Origin: Cetorhinus maximus
Taxonomy: Eukaryota
DNA: 64,000 nt
Assembly (NCBI RefSeq): GCF_964194155.1
Contig: NC_135901.1
Coordinates: 11,408,001-11,472,000 of the forward strand
Direction: 5' to 3'
Numbering within the stretch: position 1 is the stretch's first letter; each line of letters starts with the position of its first letter. Positions 62,430 through 64,000 of this stretch are shown here, piece after piece. Below the pieces are notes generated by a model. The model was not told the origin of the DNA. It was given only the letters and a program-made list of their open reading frames with translations, and did no database searches. The position numbers and the translations under genes were made by a program.

Positions 62430-62780
62430 TTCTTACGCTAATGGCGGCCGAAATTCCCACAATCCCCATGCGCCCCAGAAACCGCTCTATCCAACTCGCT
62501 CCTTTCCCCAGGCGCTGAGAGTGCGCATGCTCCCCAGGGCCCGCCGCGGGGCATTCTGGGAGGCTCGTTTGTTGTGAGTCGGACTCGGTGGAAACGGGAG
62601 AAGAAACCTGGAAGCGGCGGCGAGGATGGGGGAGGCGCTGCAGCATTGCTTTAATGGGCAGCCTCGACCCCCAGCCCGGGGAGATCACCGCACGGCCGCC
62701 GGGCCCGGCCGCTCTCATTCGGCCTCTGAGAGCCGCACTCGCTGCTCCTGAGGCTGCGCTCGCCCCCCGCTCAGTTTCTC
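62430..62780 (+). promoter_or_regulatory. CpG-island promoter/first exon of ZNF-H
   Basis: YY1-like aatggcggc, two ZNF143-type sites (62454-62471, 62545-62562), NRF1-like tgcgcatgc. Confidence 0.65.
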
Positions 62781-63551
62781 CATTGAATCCTGTTTCTCCC
62801 AACTCAGATTCACCGCCTCATTTTCTTTTCTTCCTCTGAGCCCCTGAACTCCATCTGACAGGGTCATGTTGGAGAGCGGGCATTGACTGTCCTGGGAAAC
62901 AACAGCAAGAGGAGCTCAGAGGCCGGAGGGGCAAAGGAGCAGCGAGTTCAGTCACCAATCGGGGGGGATTGAGGACTGGACCCTGAGTCAGTCAGTCAGG
63001 GGAGTCAGAGTGAACCCCTGGGGAATCAGTCATTTCTGAAAAATTAAATGGGTATCTCTTTTATCAACAACACAATTTAACATTTGTCAGTTTAATTTTT
63101 TTATATTCTTTGTTATCTCAATCCTAGGACATCGCTGCAGGAATTCCTCAAGACAGTATCCTAGGCCCAACCATCTTCAGCTGCTTTATCAATAACCTTT
63201 TTTCCATCATAAGTCAGACTTGGGAATATATTGCCGTTCCTTCATTGTCGCTGGGTCGAAATCCTGGAACTCCCTTCCTAACAGCGCCGACACCACATGG
63301 ACTACAGCAGTTCAAGGAAGTGAACAGGAAGATTTGCTGACAGGAAACTCAAACCAAAAATCACGTCAAAATCTGACAGATTCACTCAATACATCAGGTG
63401 CTGGATATCATTGAACCTTTAATGTAGAAGGAGAAATGTTTTAACCAATTGCACAGCGTGAAAAAACATCTAATCATTCACAGCGGGGATAAACTGTGTA
63501 AGAGGTTTGGTCTGACCATCCAACATGGACAGCCACGAGGACACCGGCACC

Positions 63552-64000
63552 ATGGAGAAACCGTGGAAATGTGGGGACTGTGGGAAGGGATTTGGCTCCC
63601 CGTCAAAGCTGGAAATTCATCAACGCAGTCACACTGGGGAGAGGCCGTTCACCTGCTCCGTGTGTGGGAAGGGATTCACTAGTTCATCCAACCTTCTGAG
63701 ACACCAGCACATTCACACTGAGCAGAGTTCAGTCATCTGCTCCGTGTGTGGGAAGGCAATCGGTCATTCATCAAACTTTCTGAGGCACCAGCAAACTCAC
63801 AGTGGAGAGAGGCCATTCACCTGCTCTGTGTGCGGGAAGGGATTCACTCAGTCATCCTACCTGCTGACACACCAGCGCATTCACACGAGGGAGAGACCGT
63901 TCATCTGCTCCTTGTGTGGAGAGGGATTTAACCAATTATCCAGGCTTCTGAATCACCAGAGAATTCACACTGGGGAGAGCCCATACACCTGCTTTATCTG
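63552..64000 (+). CDS. C2H2 zinc-finger gene (ZNF-H), runs off window end
   Basis: accATGgag at 63552; open frame [27 protein letters not shown]... with 5+ fingers to the window end. Absent from the ORF track because there is no stop. Confidence 0.88.
   Translation, partial: MEKPWKCGDCGKGFGSPSKLEIHQRSHTGERPFTCSVCGKGFTSSSNLLRHQHIHTEQSSVICSVCGKAIGHSSNFLRHQQTHSGERPFTCSVCGKGFTQSSYLLTHQRIHTRERPFICSLCGEGFNQLSRLLNHQRIHTGESPYTCFI

Noticed and set aside
62362-62839. Ala/Arg/Gly-rich ORFs as an N-terminal effector exon
   Set aside because: Typical CpG-island open frames, not conserved among paralog first exons; no KRAB-like motif.

Overview
This is vertebrate DNA, not prokaryotic. The repeat families point to a cartilaginous fish (shark-like), but the species cannot be fixed from sequence alone. 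The window is a rapidly turning-over cluster of finger-only (no KRAB/SCAN seen) C2H2 zinc-finger genes: 3 complete ORFs (34369-35574 +, 43591-44460 -, 52006-52932 -), 2 cut by the window edges, and several pseudogenes. These are interleaved with a decaying tRNA cluster (Val, Glu, Ser, Leu) and dense nested mobile DNA: a young Tx1/L1-clade LINE with intact ORF2 and TSD, Neptune-type Penelope-like elements (PLEs), CR1/L2/RTE LINE fragments, SINEs, solo LTRs, an ERV-like pol remnant, and a hAT-like MITE carrying a 23-bp array. The most notable items are (i) minimal, dimer-type hammerhead ribozymes in the PLE termini, with the copy on the host gene's sense strand disabled; (ii) a ZNF family whose 5'UTR appears to be a fossil coding linker, with a shared ZNF143/NRF1 promoter module and a shared 3'UTR block; and (iii) tRNA-Leu(TAA) and tRNA-Ser(CGA) genes built on bodies of other isoacceptors. 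Coordinates of old repeats are approximate; all calls were made by eye without database searches.
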